Shown: positions 16,724-26,137 of the stretch, in pieces
Layout of the letters: each line of letters opens with the position of its first letter
How positions within the stretch are numbered: the first letter of the stretch is position 1
Source: an uncultured bacterium
GTDB lineage: Bacteria > Bacillota > Clostridia > Oscillospirales > Oscillospiraceae
NCBI GenBank assembly: GCA_949286295.1
Contig: CASECK010000109.1
Coordinates: 1-35,335, forward strand
Reading direction: 5' to 3'
DNA: 35,335 nt
Notes under the pieces: generated by a model
The model's input: only the letters and a program-made list of their open reading frames with translations
Database searches by the model: none
What the model was told of the DNA's origin: nothing
Position numbers and translations under genes: made by a program

Positions 16724-18577
16724 TTGCTGAAGGAAAGAAGAGAACAGCCCCATCCGCTGCTGGAGGAGCTGGACGACCGGCAGGCCGCAGAGCTGTGCGG
16801 CAAGTTGCGCAGGGAGCTGATTGAGGACGTGGCCGCCACCGGCGGCCATCTGGCCTCTAACTTGGGGGCCGTTGAGCTGACCGTGGCCATCCACCGGGTA
16901 TTTGATACCCGCTTGGACCGGCTGGTCTTTGACGTAGGGCACCAGTGCTACCCCCATAAAATGCTCACCGGCCGCAGGGAGGCCATGTCCACGCTGCGGC
17001 AATACGGCGGAATTGCCGGTTTTCCAAAGCCGGGGGAGAGCATCCACGACGCCTTTATTGCCGGTCACGCCTCCAACTCGGTGGCGGTGGCGCTGGGGAT
17101 GGCCCGGGCCAGGACCCTGCTGGGGGAGGATTATCGGGTGGTGGCCCTGATTGGAGACGGGGCCCTCACGGGAGGGCTGTCCTATGAGGGGTTGTCCAAC
17201 GCCGGCAGCAGCGGGCAGCAGCTGCTGGTCATTTTGAACGATAACGGGATGTCCATCACCCCGAATGTGGGCGGCGTGGCGGAGCATCTGGCCCGCCAGC
17301 GCCTTCGCCCCACTTACCTGGCCTTTAAAAAGTGCTATCAGAATGTGATGAAGGCCACCGCGGTGGGCCGCTTCCTGTACCGGGGCCTCCACCGGGTCAA
17401 GCAGGCGCTGAAGCAGAGCCTGCTGCCCTGCAGTATGTTTGAGGATATGGGCTTTCGTTATCTGGGGCCGGTGGACGGCCATGACCTGCCCTATCTGACA
17501 GAAATCCTCCGCTATGCCAGCGCCCTGGATGGGCCGGTCCTGCTCCATGTCAAAACGGTGAAGGGAAAAGGGTTCCCGCCGGCGGAGGAGAATCCAGACG
17601 CCTTTCACGGGGTTGCCCCCTTTGATTCCATCACCGGCCGGCCCAAACGTCAGGCCGGGGAGACCTTTTCCGCCGTGTTTGGCAAAACGCTGCTCCGCCT
17701 GGCCCAGCGGGATTCCCGGGTGTGCGCCATCACCGCCGCCATGATGAGCGGCACCGGGCTGGAGCCCTTTGCCCGCCAGTTCCCAGAGCGGTTTTTCGAC
17801 GTGGGAATTGCGGAGGGCTGCGCGGTGTCCATGGCCGCGGGCATGGCCAAGCAGGGGGCTATCCCTGTGTTTGCGGTGTACTCTACCTTTCTTCAGCGCT
17901 CCTATGATATGCTGATTCATGATATGGCCATTGAAAATCTCCACGTCGTGCTTGGGGTGGACCGGTCCGGTCTGGTGGGAGAGGACGGAGAGACCCACCA
18001 CGGCCTGTTTGACGTGGCCTATCTGGACAGCGTGCCCCACATGACTGTGCTGGCTCCCTCCAACTTCCGGGAGTTGGAGGAGATGCTGGAGTTTGCCCTG
18101 TTTCATGTCCAGGGGCCGGTGGCGCTCCGGTATCCCCGGGGGGGAGAGGGGGCGTTCGTCCATTCCTCCGGCGGCGCCCCCACGGCGGTGATTCGTCCGG
18201 GCAAGGACATCACGCTGGCCGGCTATGGGATGGAGATAAACCAGGTGCTGGAGGCGGCCCAGCTGTTGGCCCAGCGGGGGGTGGAGGCCGAGGTGGTCAA
18301 GATAAACCGCCTTACCCCGCTGGACGCCGGAGAGGTGTGCCGGTCTGTGAAAAAAACCGGCGTGCTGCTGACCGCGGAGGAGTGCGCCGGGCAGGACTGC
18401 GTGGGGCTACGCCTGGCCGCTGAGCTGGAGCGGTCCGGAATCTCCGCCAAAGTGGAGCTGCTGCACTGCGGAGACGGCCTTGTCACCCACGGGGAGGCCG
18501 GGCTGCTGAAAAACGCCCTGTCCCTGGATGGGGCCGGAATTGCGAACCGGGCGCTGGAGGTGCTGGGCCGTGGCTAA
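16724..18577 (+). CDS. dxs: 1-deoxy-D-xylulose-5-phosphate synthase
   Basis: GGHLASNLG, FDVGHQCYPHK, GDGALTGG..E...N, LNDNGMSI, YLGPVDGH, FDVGIAE, YSTFLQR and GEDGETH. Start placed at TTG 16724 after GAGGGA. Confidence 0.95.
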   Translation: MLKERREQPHPLLEELDDRQAAELCGKLRRELIEDVAATGGHLASNLGAVELTVAIHRVFDTRLDRLVFDVGHQCYPHKMLTGRREAMSTLRQYGGIAGFPKPGESIHDAFIAGHASNSVAVALGMARARTLLGEDYRVVALIGDGALTGGLSYEGLSNAGSSGQQLLVILNDNGMSITPNVGGVAEHLARQRLRPTYLAFKKCYQNVMKATAVGRFLYRGLHRVKQALKQSLLPCSMFEDMGFRYLGPVDGHDLPYLTEILRYASALDGPVLLHVKTVKGKGFPPAEENPDAFHGVAPFDSITGRPKRQAGETFSAVFGKTLLRLAQRDSRVCAITAAMMSGTGLEPFARQFPERFFDVGIAEGCAVSMAAGMAKQGAIPVFAVYSTFLQRSYDMLIHDMAIENLHVVLGVDRSGLVGEDGETHHGLFDVAYLDSVPHMTVLAPSNFRELEEMLEFALFHVQGPVALRYPRGGEGAFVHSSGGAPTAVIRPGKDITLAGYGMEINQVLEAAQLLAQRGVEAEVVKINRLTPLDAGEVCRSVKKTGVLLTAEECAGQDCVGLRLAAELERSGISAKVELLHCGDGLVTHGEAGLLKNALSLDGAGIANRALEVLGRG

Positions 18578-19379
18578 ACAGAGACTGGATGTGGCGCTGA
18601 CCCAGCGTGGACTAATCGAGAGCCGCCAGAAGGCCCAGGCCGTCATTATGGCAGGAGAGGTCTTTGTCAACGGCCAGCGGCAGACCAAGGCGGGCGCCCC
18701 CGTGACAGAGGGGGACCAAATCGAGCTGCGGGGAAAGAGTCTGCGCTATGTGAGCCGGGGCGGCCTGAAGCTGGAAAAGGCCATGCAGCTGTGGCCCATC
18801 GATTTGAATGGCGCCGTGTGCGCTGACATCGGGGCCTCCACCGGCGGGTTTACCGACTGTATGCTCCAAAACGGGGCCAGACTGGTCTATGCTGTGGATG
18901 TGGGGTACAATCAGCTGGACTGGCGGCTGCGCACCCACCCCAAGGTGGTGTGTATGGAGCGGACCAACGCCCGCTATCTTACCGCGGAGCAGCTGCCCCA
19001 GCCCTTGGATTTTTTCTCCGTGGATGTATCCTTTATCTCCCTGAGCCTGATTTTGCCCCCGCTGTGTCCGCTGGTTCGGGAGGGGGGACAGGCGGTCTGT
19101 CTGGTCAAGCCCCAGTTTGAAGCGGGAAGGGAAAAGGTGGGCAAGCACGGTGTGGTCCGGGACCCCGCCGTCCACCTCGAGGTGCTGGAGCGCTTTTTGG
19201 GCCACGCAGGCCAGGCGGGATTTACCGTAAAGGACATGACCTTTTCACCAATTAAGGGCCCTGAGGGAAACATCGAATACCTTGCCTATCTCCAGAGGGG
19301 GGAGGGGCCGGCCTGGGCCGGCAGCCTGTCTGAACTGGTGGAGCAATCCCACAGCGCCTGGAAGGGAGATCAGCCGTGA
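18570..19379 (+). CDS. tlyA: TlyA-family RNA methyltransferase (S4 + FtsJ-like)
   Basis: GTG 18570 after GGAGG; KQRLD, YVSRGGLKL, DIGASTGGFTD, VDVG, DVSFISL, LVKPQFE and GNIEYL. Confidence 0.94.
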   Translation: MAKQRLDVALTQRGLIESRQKAQAVIMAGEVFVNGQRQTKAGAPVTEGDQIELRGKSLRYVSRGGLKLEKAMQLWPIDLNGAVCADIGASTGGFTDCMLQNGARLVYAVDVGYNQLDWRLRTHPKVVCMERTNARYLTAEQLPQPLDFFSVDVSFISLSLILPPLCPLVREGGQAVCLVKPQFEAGREKVGKHGVVRDPAVHLEVLERFLGHAGQAGFTVKDMTFSPIKGPEGNIEYLAYLQRGEGPAWAGSLSELVEQSHSAWKGDQP

Positions 19380-20248
19380 AAATTGTTCTCAGCTCCAACC
19401 CCTATCGGGACAAAGGCCTGCGGACCGCGTTGGAGGCCGGAAAGATTTTAGAGCGCGCCGGCGCGCAGACCGTGCTCTGTCTGCCCTTTCAGCCCAAGAA
19501 AGGGGACCGGCTGGAGCTCCCCCGGCAGGTGACGCTGTCTACCTTAGAGCAGCAGCTCCCCTGCGCGGATATGCTGATTTGCTTTGGGGGCGACGGTACC
19601 ATTCTGCACGCGGCCCGAGACGCCGCCCTGCACGAGGTGCCCGTTTTGGGGGTCAATATGGGGAGCGTCGGCTTCATGGCGGAGCTGGAGCGGGGAGAGC
19701 TGTCCCGGCTTTCCGGCCTGACCGGCGGCCACTACACCACGCAGTCCCGTATGATGCTGGATGTCCGGGTTCTGCGGGGAGAGCGGGAGATCAGCCGGGA
19801 CCTGGCCCTCAACGACGCGGTCATCTCCAAGGGCTCCATGGCCCGAGTGGGTGAGATGGAGGTGCTGGCAGATGGCGTAAAGGTCTCGTCCATTACAGGG
19901 GATGGCGTAATTGTCGCTACGCCGACAGGCTCCACCGCCTACTCCATGTCCGCCGGGGGGCCCATCGTGGAGCCCACTTCAGAGTGCATGGTGGTCACGC
20001 CGGTCTGTGCCCACCAGCTATCCGCCAGGAGCCTGGTGCTGGGGGCGGACCGGGTCATTACAGTCCGCTTGCCCAGAGGGACACGCAAGTGTTTGTACTT
20101 GTCCGCGGACGGCGGCAAGGCCATTCGCCTCACCGGCGGGGACCGGGTGGAAATCAGCCGCTCTGAGCGCTGCACCAAGCTGGTACAGCTGTCTGAACGG
20201 AGCTTTTACCGAATCATCAGTCAGAAGTTAGGAGGGGGCGCCCCATGA
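19376..20248 (+). CDS. nadK: NAD(+) kinase
   Basis: GGDGT, GVNMGSVGF, ALND and GDGVIVATPTGSTAYSMSAGGP. Confidence 0.95.
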   Translation: MKIVLSSNPYRDKGLRTALEAGKILERAGAQTVLCLPFQPKKGDRLELPRQVTLSTLEQQLPCADMLICFGGDGTILHAARDAALHEVPVLGVNMGSVGFMAELERGELSRLSGLTGGHYTTQSRMMLDVRVLRGEREISRDLALNDAVISKGSMARVGEMEVLADGVKVSSITGDGVIVATPTGSTAYSMSAGGPIVEPTSECMVVTPVCAHQLSARSLVLGADRVITVRLPRGTRKCLYLSADGGKAIRLTGGDRVEISRSERCTKLVQLSERSFYRIISQKLGGGAP

Positions 20249-20697
20249 AAAACGCGCGGCAGAGTGAAATTGTAAAAATCATCCAATCCATGGACATTGA
20301 AACCCAGGACCAGCTGCTGGAAGAGCTGCGCGCCCGCGGCTACCGCGCCACCCAGGCCACCATTTCCCGGGACATCAAGCAGCTGCGTATGGTTATGGAG
20401 CTGACCGGCAGCGGCGGCTACCGCTACGCCATGTCCGACCGGAAAGTGTCCGCCGCGGCGGACGCCAGGCTGCGCAACATTTTTAAAGAGGGGGTCGTCT
20501 CTGCCGACGTGGCCCAGAACATTGTGGTGGTGCGCACCATGCCCGGCCTGGCCTCCGCCGCCTGCTCCGCCCTGGACGGCATGAAGATTGACGGCATGGT
20601 GGGCAGCCTGGCCGGCGACGATACCGGAATCCTGATTATGCGGGACAACGCGGCCGCCCAGCAGTTCAACAGCGACATCCACAAGCTGTTAAAATAA
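20245..20697 (+). CDS. argR: Arginine repressor
   Basis: IETQDQL, TQATISRDIK, RTMPG.A and GSLAGDDT. Confidence 0.95.
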   Translation: MKNARQSEIVKIIQSMDIETQDQLLEELRARGYRATQATISRDIKQLRMVMELTGSGGYRYAMSDRKVSAAADARLRNIFKEGVVSADVAQNIVVVRTMPGLASAACSALDGMKIDGMVGSLAGDDTGILIMRDNAAAQQFNSDIHKLLK

Positions 20698-20718
20698 CAG
20701 ATGAAGGGGGGAGGGGAG

Positions 20719-22407
20719 ATGCTTTCCCTGCTCCACATTGAGAATATCGCCATCATTCAGTCGGCGGACATCACCTTCGACGAGGGATTCAACGTCCTCA
20801 CCGGTGAGACCGGCGCGGGCAAGTCCATTGTCATCGACGCCATCAGCGCGGTATTGGGCGAGCGGACCAGCCGCGAGCTGATTCGCACTGGAGCCAAATC
20901 CGCCCTGGTTACGGCGGCCTTTACCGGGGGGCTGCCCCTCCAGTGGCTGGAGGAGAACGGCTTTCCGGCCCAGGAGGAGCTGGTCCTCCAGCGGGAGCTG
21001 CAGGGGGATGGCAGGAATGTGTGCCGGGTGAACGGCCGGCCGGTGACGGTGGCTCAGCTGCGGCAGCTGGGGAGTCAGCTGCTGAATATCCACGGCCAGC
21101 ACGACGGCCAGCAGCTGCTGGATCCGGCCTGTCACCTGGACTACTTGGACAGCTTTGGCAAGACCGCCCCTCTGCTGGAGGCGTACCGCGCCGCCTACCG
21201 GGAAGTGGCCGCCCTGCGCGGTCAAATCGCCGCTCTGGAGATGGACGAGGCCGAGCGCACCCGCCGGGTGGACACGCTGGAGTATCAAATCAGAGAGCTG
21301 GAGCACGCCCAGCTTCGCGCTGGAGAGGATGCGGAGCTGGACGCCAGGAAGTGTCTCCTGCGGGGGGCCGGCAAGCTGATGGACGCCGTTCAGCAGGCCC
21401 GCCTTGCCATGCAGGGCGGCGAGGACAGCTCTGGGGCCTGCGACCTGATTGGCCAGGCGGAGGGGGCCGTGCGCTCGGTAGCCAAGCTGGGGCCCCAGCT
21501 GGAAGAACTGGGGGAGAAGCTGGCCGTCCTGCGCAGCGCGGCAGAGGATGTGTCGGAGTATATCCGGGAGTTTGAGGACAGCCTCGATTTCTCCCCGGAG
21601 GAGCTGGACCGGCTGGAGAGCCGGCTGGATGTGCTCTACCGCCTGAAGAAAAAATACGGCCCCACGGTGGACGATATGCTGGCCTATCTGGACAGCTGCC
21701 GCGGGGAGCTGGAGCGGATACAGGACGCAGATGACTCCCTTCAGCGCCTCAACAGAGCGTTGGACGAGGCCAGGGCGCAGGCGCTTGCCCGCGGCGCGGC
21801 CCTCTCCCAGGGCCGCAGGACAGCCGCGGAGGCGCTGCAGCGCCGGGTCCAGGAGGAGCTGCGGCAGCTGGATATGCCAAAGGTCCAATTTGTCACCGAC
21901 TTTGCCCCCAGCGCCGGACAGGATGGGATGGACGAGACAGGGCTGGACCAGGTCCAGTTCCTTATGTCGGCCAACTTAGGCGAGGCGCTGCGCCCCATCC
22001 AGAAGGTGGCCTCTGGCGGAGAGCTGGCCCGCATTATGCTGGCGCTGAAAAATGTATTGGCGGAGGACGACGGGGTGGGGACCCTGATTTTTGACGAGGT
22101 GGACACAGGCGTGTCCGGGCGGGCTGCCCAGAAAGTGGCCGAGAAGATGGCCGACGTGGCCCGGCACAAGCAGGTGCTGTGCGTCACCCACCTGCCGCAA
22201 ATTGCCGCCATGGCGGACACGCACTTTTTGGTGGAGAAAGGAGAGCGGGACGGGCGCACCTATACCAGCGTGGAGCGCTTGGAGCGCGCCGGCAGAATCG
22301 AGGAGCTGGCGCGGCTTGTGGGCGGCGCCCGAATCTCCCAAACGCTGCGGGAGAGCGCCTCGGAGCTGCTGGAGCAAGCCGGCCGCTACCGCGCGGCCCG
22401 GCAGTGA
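20719..22407 (+). CDS. recN: DNA repair protein RecN
   Basis: LTGETGAGKS, IHGQH, long coiled coil, ASGGELAR, IFDEVDTGVSG and VTHLPQIAA. Confidence 0.96.
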   Translation: MLSLLHIENIAIIQSADITFDEGFNVLTGETGAGKSIVIDAISAVLGERTSRELIRTGAKSALVTAAFTGGLPLQWLEENGFPAQEELVLQRELQGDGRNVCRVNGRPVTVAQLRQLGSQLLNIHGQHDGQQLLDPACHLDYLDSFGKTAPLLEAYRAAYREVAALRGQIAALEMDEAERTRRVDTLEYQIRELEHAQLRAGEDAELDARKCLLRGAGKLMDAVQQARLAMQGGEDSSGACDLIGQAEGAVRSVAKLGPQLEELGEKLAVLRSAAEDVSEYIREFEDSLDFSPEELDRLESRLDVLYRLKKKYGPTVDDMLAYLDSCRGELERIQDADDSLQRLNRALDEARAQALARGAALSQGRRTAAEALQRRVQEELRQLDMPKVQFVTDFAPSAGQDGMDETGLDQVQFLMSANLGEALRPIQKVASGGELARIMLALKNVLAEDDGVGTLIFDEVDTGVSGRAAQKVAEKMADVARHKQVLCVTHLPQIAAMADTHFLVEKGERDGRTYTSVERLERAGRIEELARLVGGARISQTLRESASELLEQAGRYRAARQ

Positions 22408-22420
22408 GCTGCATTGTATG

Positions 22421-22460
22421 AAAAGGCGGCCGGTATCCACTGGGATACCGGCCGCCTTTT
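22421..22460. terminator. Bidirectional intrinsic terminator between recN and the transporter
   Basis: Perfect inverted repeat AAAAGGCGGCCGGTATCC-actg-GGATACCGGCCGCCTTTT. Confidence 0.9.
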
Positions 22461-22467
22461 GTGCCGC

Positions 22468-23898
22468 TCAGGAAATGGCAAAAAAGGTTCTAAGCTGTCC
22501 GTAGAGGATGAAGGCCATACCGATGGGGCAGGTCACATAGATGCAAAATTGATAGTAGCGGTAGAGCCGGTTGGAAAAGGGCTGCCCGCACTGGCGCACC
22601 TCATCCCGGACCAGGGTGGGGCGGATGGCCCAAATCATGAAGGACATCAGCAGCGCCCCCAGGGGCATGGCCACCCCTTCGGAAATAAAGTCCATGAAGT
22701 CCAGCCACGAGGCGCCCAGAGTCCGGCCAGTCTCCTGGAAAGGAATCCAAAGCCCATTGGACCCCAGGCCGTCGGCGGCCACTAAAACCGCTTCCGCCAG
22801 GACGGCCAGGCTGACAAGGCCAACTACCAGGCCGCGATTTGGGGTTTTCCCCCTGGCTGTCTGGTGGTCCAGGATAAAGGTGACCAGCACCTCGGTGAGG
22901 GCGATGGCGGAGGTGATGGCGGCCAAGGTGACAAACAGGAAGAACAGCACGCCGAAGGCCGGGCCGATGGCTCCCATGGAGTTGAACACATCCTGCATGG
23001 TGATAAACAGCAGCTTCGGACCGGCCAGCTCGGCCCCCTCGCCCCCCAGGGCAAAGGCGGAGGGGAGAATGGCCAGGCCGGCCATCACCGCCACCGTGGT
23101 GTCAGAGAGGATGACAATCAGGGAGTTTTTGACCAGACTCTCCTTTTTGCTCAGATAAGAGCCATAGGTGACCGTAATTCCCATGGCCAGGGACAGGGAG
23201 AAAAACATCTGTCCGCCGGCGGCGGAGAGGACCTCCAAAAATCCGTCCAGGGTAGTGAAGGGCTCCCAGTTGGGGGTGAACATGAACTTCAGCCCCTCGG
23301 AGGCGCCGGGAAGGGTGACGGCCCGGATGATGACAATCAGCAGGGCAATGGCCAGCGCCGGCATACCGATTTTATTAAACTTCTCGATACCGTCTTTGAT
23401 TCCGCCCCGGATGATGAAAAAACCAAGGGCGATGAACAGAAGGGTAAAGAAAATGGCCATGGGCTGGTTGGCGAGTATTTGGGCGAAGGTCTCCGCCCCG
23501 CTGGCGCGGGACAGCCCACCGGCGCCCAGCAGCTCCATCCCGTTGAGGAACATATATTCCACGCAGTAGGCGCCCAGCACGGAATAAAAGCTGAGAATCA
23601 GAAACGGGGAGAGCATAGCCAGAAAGCCCAGCAGCGTGCCCATGGGACCGCCCACAGTCCGGTAGCTGACCAGCACGCTATGCCCCACTTTGCGCCCGAT
23701 GGAAAGCTCGGTGAGCATGATAGGGAAGCCCACCAAAACGCCCAAAGCCAGGTAGACAATCAGAAACGGGAAGCCCCCGTATGTCCCCATTTTATACGGG
23801 AATCCCCAGATATTTCCAAGCCCGACGGCGGCGCCCACGGTGGCCATGAGAAACCCTAAGTTGCTGCCCCACTGGCCCCGTTGATGTTTTTGCTCCAT
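22468..23898 (-). CDS. Sodium-dependent transporter, NSS/SNF family (probably amino acid uptake)
   Basis: RGQW, GAAVGLGNIWGFPY, GGFPFL, QMFFSLSL, TYGSY and GPKLLF. Confidence 0.94.
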   Translation of the reverse strand: MEQKHQRGQWGSNLGFLMATVGAAVGLGNIWGFPYKMGTYGGFPFLIVYLALGVLVGFPIMLTELSIGRKVGHSVLVSYRTVGGPMGTLLGFLAMLSPFLILSFYSVLGAYCVEYMFLNGMELLGAGGLSRASGAETFAQILANQPMAIFFTLLFIALGFFIIRGGIKDGIEKFNKIGMPALAIALLIVIIRAVTLPGASEGLKFMFTPNWEPFTTLDGFLEVLSAAGGQMFFSLSLAMGITVTYGSYLSKKESLVKNSLIVILSDTTVAVMAGLAILPSAFALGGEGAELAGPKLLFITMQDVFNSMGAIGPAFGVLFFLFVTLAAITSAIALTEVLVTFILDHQTARGKTPNRGLVVGLVSLAVLAEAVLVAADGLGSNGLWIPFQETGRTLGASWLDFMDFISEGVAMPLGALLMSFMIWAIRPTLVRDEVRQCGQPFSNRLYRYYQFCIYVTCPIGMAFILYGQLRTFFAIS

Positions 23899-23938
23899 AT
23901 TTGTCTCTCCTTCTTTCTTCTGGCAGACAACACAGATA

Positions 23939-23995
23939 GATTGTCAGAAAATAAAAGTCGAGGTTTATTTTATCAGCAGCCCGGAGCATAGTCAA
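23939..23995 (-). promoter_or_regulatory. SigA promoter of the NSS transporter with a downstream CodY-like box
   Basis: TTGACT-17-TAAAAT with extended TG (23967-23995, minus). GATTGTCAGAAAATA at 23939-23953 has 3 mismatches to AATTTTCWGAAAATT. Confidence 0.65.
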
Positions 23996-24028
23996 CTGAA
24001 ATAACAGAACTTGAACAGGGTCCGTCTT

Positions 24029-24736
24029 TTACGGGGGTGTCATTTTTCCGGCTCCCTGGCGCCGCTGTGCCAGGATGCCCGCGATGATGGACACAAGGAA
24101 GACCGCTCCCCAAATGGCCCAGCCATCGTGGCCATGCCCCCACCGCGCGCCTTCCGGGTTAGGCCCCCATATCATTCCGAACACCAGCCCAATCACAAAC
24201 CCGGCCAGTGTGGTATAGGAAAAGCGATATGCCCCCAAAAGGGCGGGAATCGCGGACACTGCCATTGCATACCAGAAGCAGTTGCTGCTAAGGAGCCAAC
24301 CATAGAGATAACTGTGTTCTCCTGCCGGTTTTTCTGTAAAAAGCCAGCCCATAAGACTGTTCTGAGACGGCTCACACCAGATGATTCGGCCGGTGAGATA
24401 GAGCAGGAGATACCCGGCGGCAATCAACAGGGCGGTGAGGAGATTCCGCTTTTGACGCCGCTTTTTTTCCACAGCCTTTTTCTCTTCCTCCATTTTATAC
24501 AGGGAATAAACCTGCTGCGCCAGAGCCGTTCCCCCTTCCTGCGGGGAGGAGGGCAGCAGGCCGGCGGTCGTGCCAAATATCTCGGATAGCTTGAAGAGAT
24601 TTTCTGTGCTTGGGGTGGACTGATTTGATTCCCATTTTGTGACCGCCTGGCGGCTGACGCCGGCTAACGCGGCGAGCGCCTCCTGTGAGATTCCCGCCTT
24701 TTGCCGGCAAGCCCGGATTCGTTCTCCCAACGTCAT
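24029..24736 (-). CDS. XRE-family HTH regulator fused to a multi-pass membrane domain
   Basis: AAGGAGG RBS, ATG 24736; LGERI...R...GISQE.LA...GVSRQAVTKWE...STPS.ENL..LS.IF followed by about 4 TM segments. Confidence 0.88.
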   Translation of the reverse strand: MTLGERIRACRQKAGISQEALAALAGVSRQAVTKWESNQSTPSTENLFKLSEIFGTTAGLLPSSPQEGGTALAQQVYSLYKMEEEKKAVEKKRRQKRNLLTALLIAAGYLLLYLTGRIIWCEPSQNSLMGWLFTEKPAGEHSYLYGWLLSSNCFWYAMAVSAIPALLGAYRFSYTTLAGFVIGLVFGMIWGPNPEGARWGHGHDGWAIWGAVFLVSIIAGILAQRRQGAGKMTPP

Positions 24737-24794
24737 GGCCTGCGCCTCCTTTTCAGCGTAATTATACCGCAAATTGCCGTCCAAGACCACCAAC

Positions 24795-24821
24795 TATATG
24801 GCAACTATCGGTTGCCATATA
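24795..24821. promoter_or_regulatory. Perfect 11-bp inverted repeat, candidate XRE operator
   Basis: TATATGGCAAC-tatcg-GTTGCCATATA just upstream of the regulator's TATAAT (24761-24766, minus). Confidence 0.65.
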
Positions 24822-24909
24822 AAAATTTGCGCTGTTTTATCCCGGCGCCAGTGGCATGGAAGACCGGACGGATGGGGGATTCATTCCGCGAAAATCGGGA
24901 GTTTTGCCG

Positions 24910-24938
24910 TTGACAACCGGAGAAAACTGTGATAAAGT
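24910..24938 (+). promoter_or_regulatory. SigA promoter of the T-box leader
   Basis: TTGACA-17 nt-TAAAGT with extended TG. Confidence 0.7.
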
Positions 24939-24947
24939 CAGTACCAC

Positions 24948-25210
24948 TGTGAGGAAAAGGACAAGTAGCCCAGACGCTCCCTGCCCAGAGAGCCCCCAGG
25001 CCGGTGAAATGGGGGAGAGGGATTCTGTGGCGAATACCCCTTGGAGCAGCCGCCCGAACCGCGCCGCGCAGTAGGGGACAGGCCGGTCTTGCGCCCGTTA
25101 CCGCGCCGGGGTCACGCACCCCATGAGGCCGCCTCCGCGAGGGGACGGCGAAGCCAGAGGTGGTACCGCATATTGATGCCCTCTGTCCAGTTTGGACAGG
25201 GGGCATTTTT
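24948..25210 (+). ncRNA. T-box riboswitch, tyrosine specifier
   Basis: Stem I elements AAGTAG, CAGAGAG and GGTGAAA; specifier GAA-TAC (TAC 25035-25037); CCGTTA; antiterminator AGAGGTGGTACCGC (bulge at 25161); terminator ATGCCCTCTGTCCA-gtt-TGGACAGGGGGCAT followed by a T run. tyrS lies downstream. Confidence 0.93.
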
Positions 25211-25233
25211 GGGAAAGTGGGGGAGAATCGCAT

Positions 25234-26100
25234 TTGACAGGTGAAAAACAAGGGGCGCCTCTGGTGTTCCTGGCCGCTGTGCTCTACAGCATCGGGGGGC
25301 TTTGTATCAAAGTGATTCCCTGGAACGGAATGTCCATCAACGGTGGACGCACGGCCATCGCCCTTGTGGTTATCGGCGCCTATCTGCTGTGGACCCGGCA
25401 CCCGCTCAAGTGGAACCGGTGGGTCGCGTTGGGCGCGGTGTCGGTGTTTGGGGCCACCGCGCTGTTCTCCCTGGCCAACAAAATGACCACCGCCGCCAAC
25501 GCCATTGTCCTGCAGTTCACCGCGCCCATCTTTGTAATGCTGTTCTCCGCCCTGTTTTTCCGCAAAAAACCCCGCCGGCTGGATTTGACAGCCTGCGCCG
25601 TGGTCTTTGCGGGGGTGCTGTTTTTCTTTGTGGACAGCCTGTCCGCTGGGGGCGGCCTTGGCAATCTGCTGGCCCTGCTGTCTGGAATCAGTTATGCCGG
25701 TGTGTTCCTTATGAACGAGCTGCCGGACGGGGACGCCATCTCCTCGGTATTCTGGGGGGACGCTCTGTCCGCCCTGGCGGGGCTACCCTTTTTGCTGGGG
25801 GAGACGGAGTTCTCCTCTACCGCTATGACCAGCCTGCTGGTGCTGGGGGTATTCCAGGTCGGGGTTTCCTATGTCCTGCTGTGTATCGGACTGCGGACCA
25901 CGCCGCCGGTGACAGCCAGCCTGCTGTCCGGTATCGAGCCGGTGCTCAATCCGGTCTTAGTCGCCCTGTTCTACCACGAGGCCGTCGGTCCTTTCGCCCT
26001 GGCCGGAGTGGTGATTGTGGTCGTTGGCGTGGTAGGGTACAGTGTCCTGACAGGGCTCCGGGGTTCCAGGGAGCGCACGCGGGAACGAATTGCAAAGTAG
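25234..26100 (+). CDS. EamA/DMT family transporter
   Basis: TTG start after GGGGGAGA; about 10 TM segments in two repeats; TTAANAIVLQFTAPIFV and IEPVLNP. Confidence 0.9.
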   Translation: MTGEKQGAPLVFLAAVLYSIGGLCIKVIPWNGMSINGGRTAIALVVIGAYLLWTRHPLKWNRWVALGAVSVFGATALFSLANKMTTAANAIVLQFTAPIFVMLFSALFFRKKPRRLDLTACAVVFAGVLFFFVDSLSAGGGLGNLLALLSGISYAGVFLMNELPDGDAISSVFWGDALSALAGLPFLLGETEFSSTAMTSLLVLGVFQVGVSYVLLCIGLRTTPPVTASLLSGIEPVLNPVLVALFYHEAVGPFALAGVVIVVVGVVGYSVLTGLRGSRERTRERIAK

Positions 26101-26137
26101 CCAATGAGGGAAAATTTGAGATAAAGGAGTAGAAACC

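Noticed and set aside
18570-19379. tlyA as a hemolysin or virulence gene
   Set aside because: It has the S4 plus methyltransferase motifs and sits in its usual dxs-tlyA-nadK housekeeping context.
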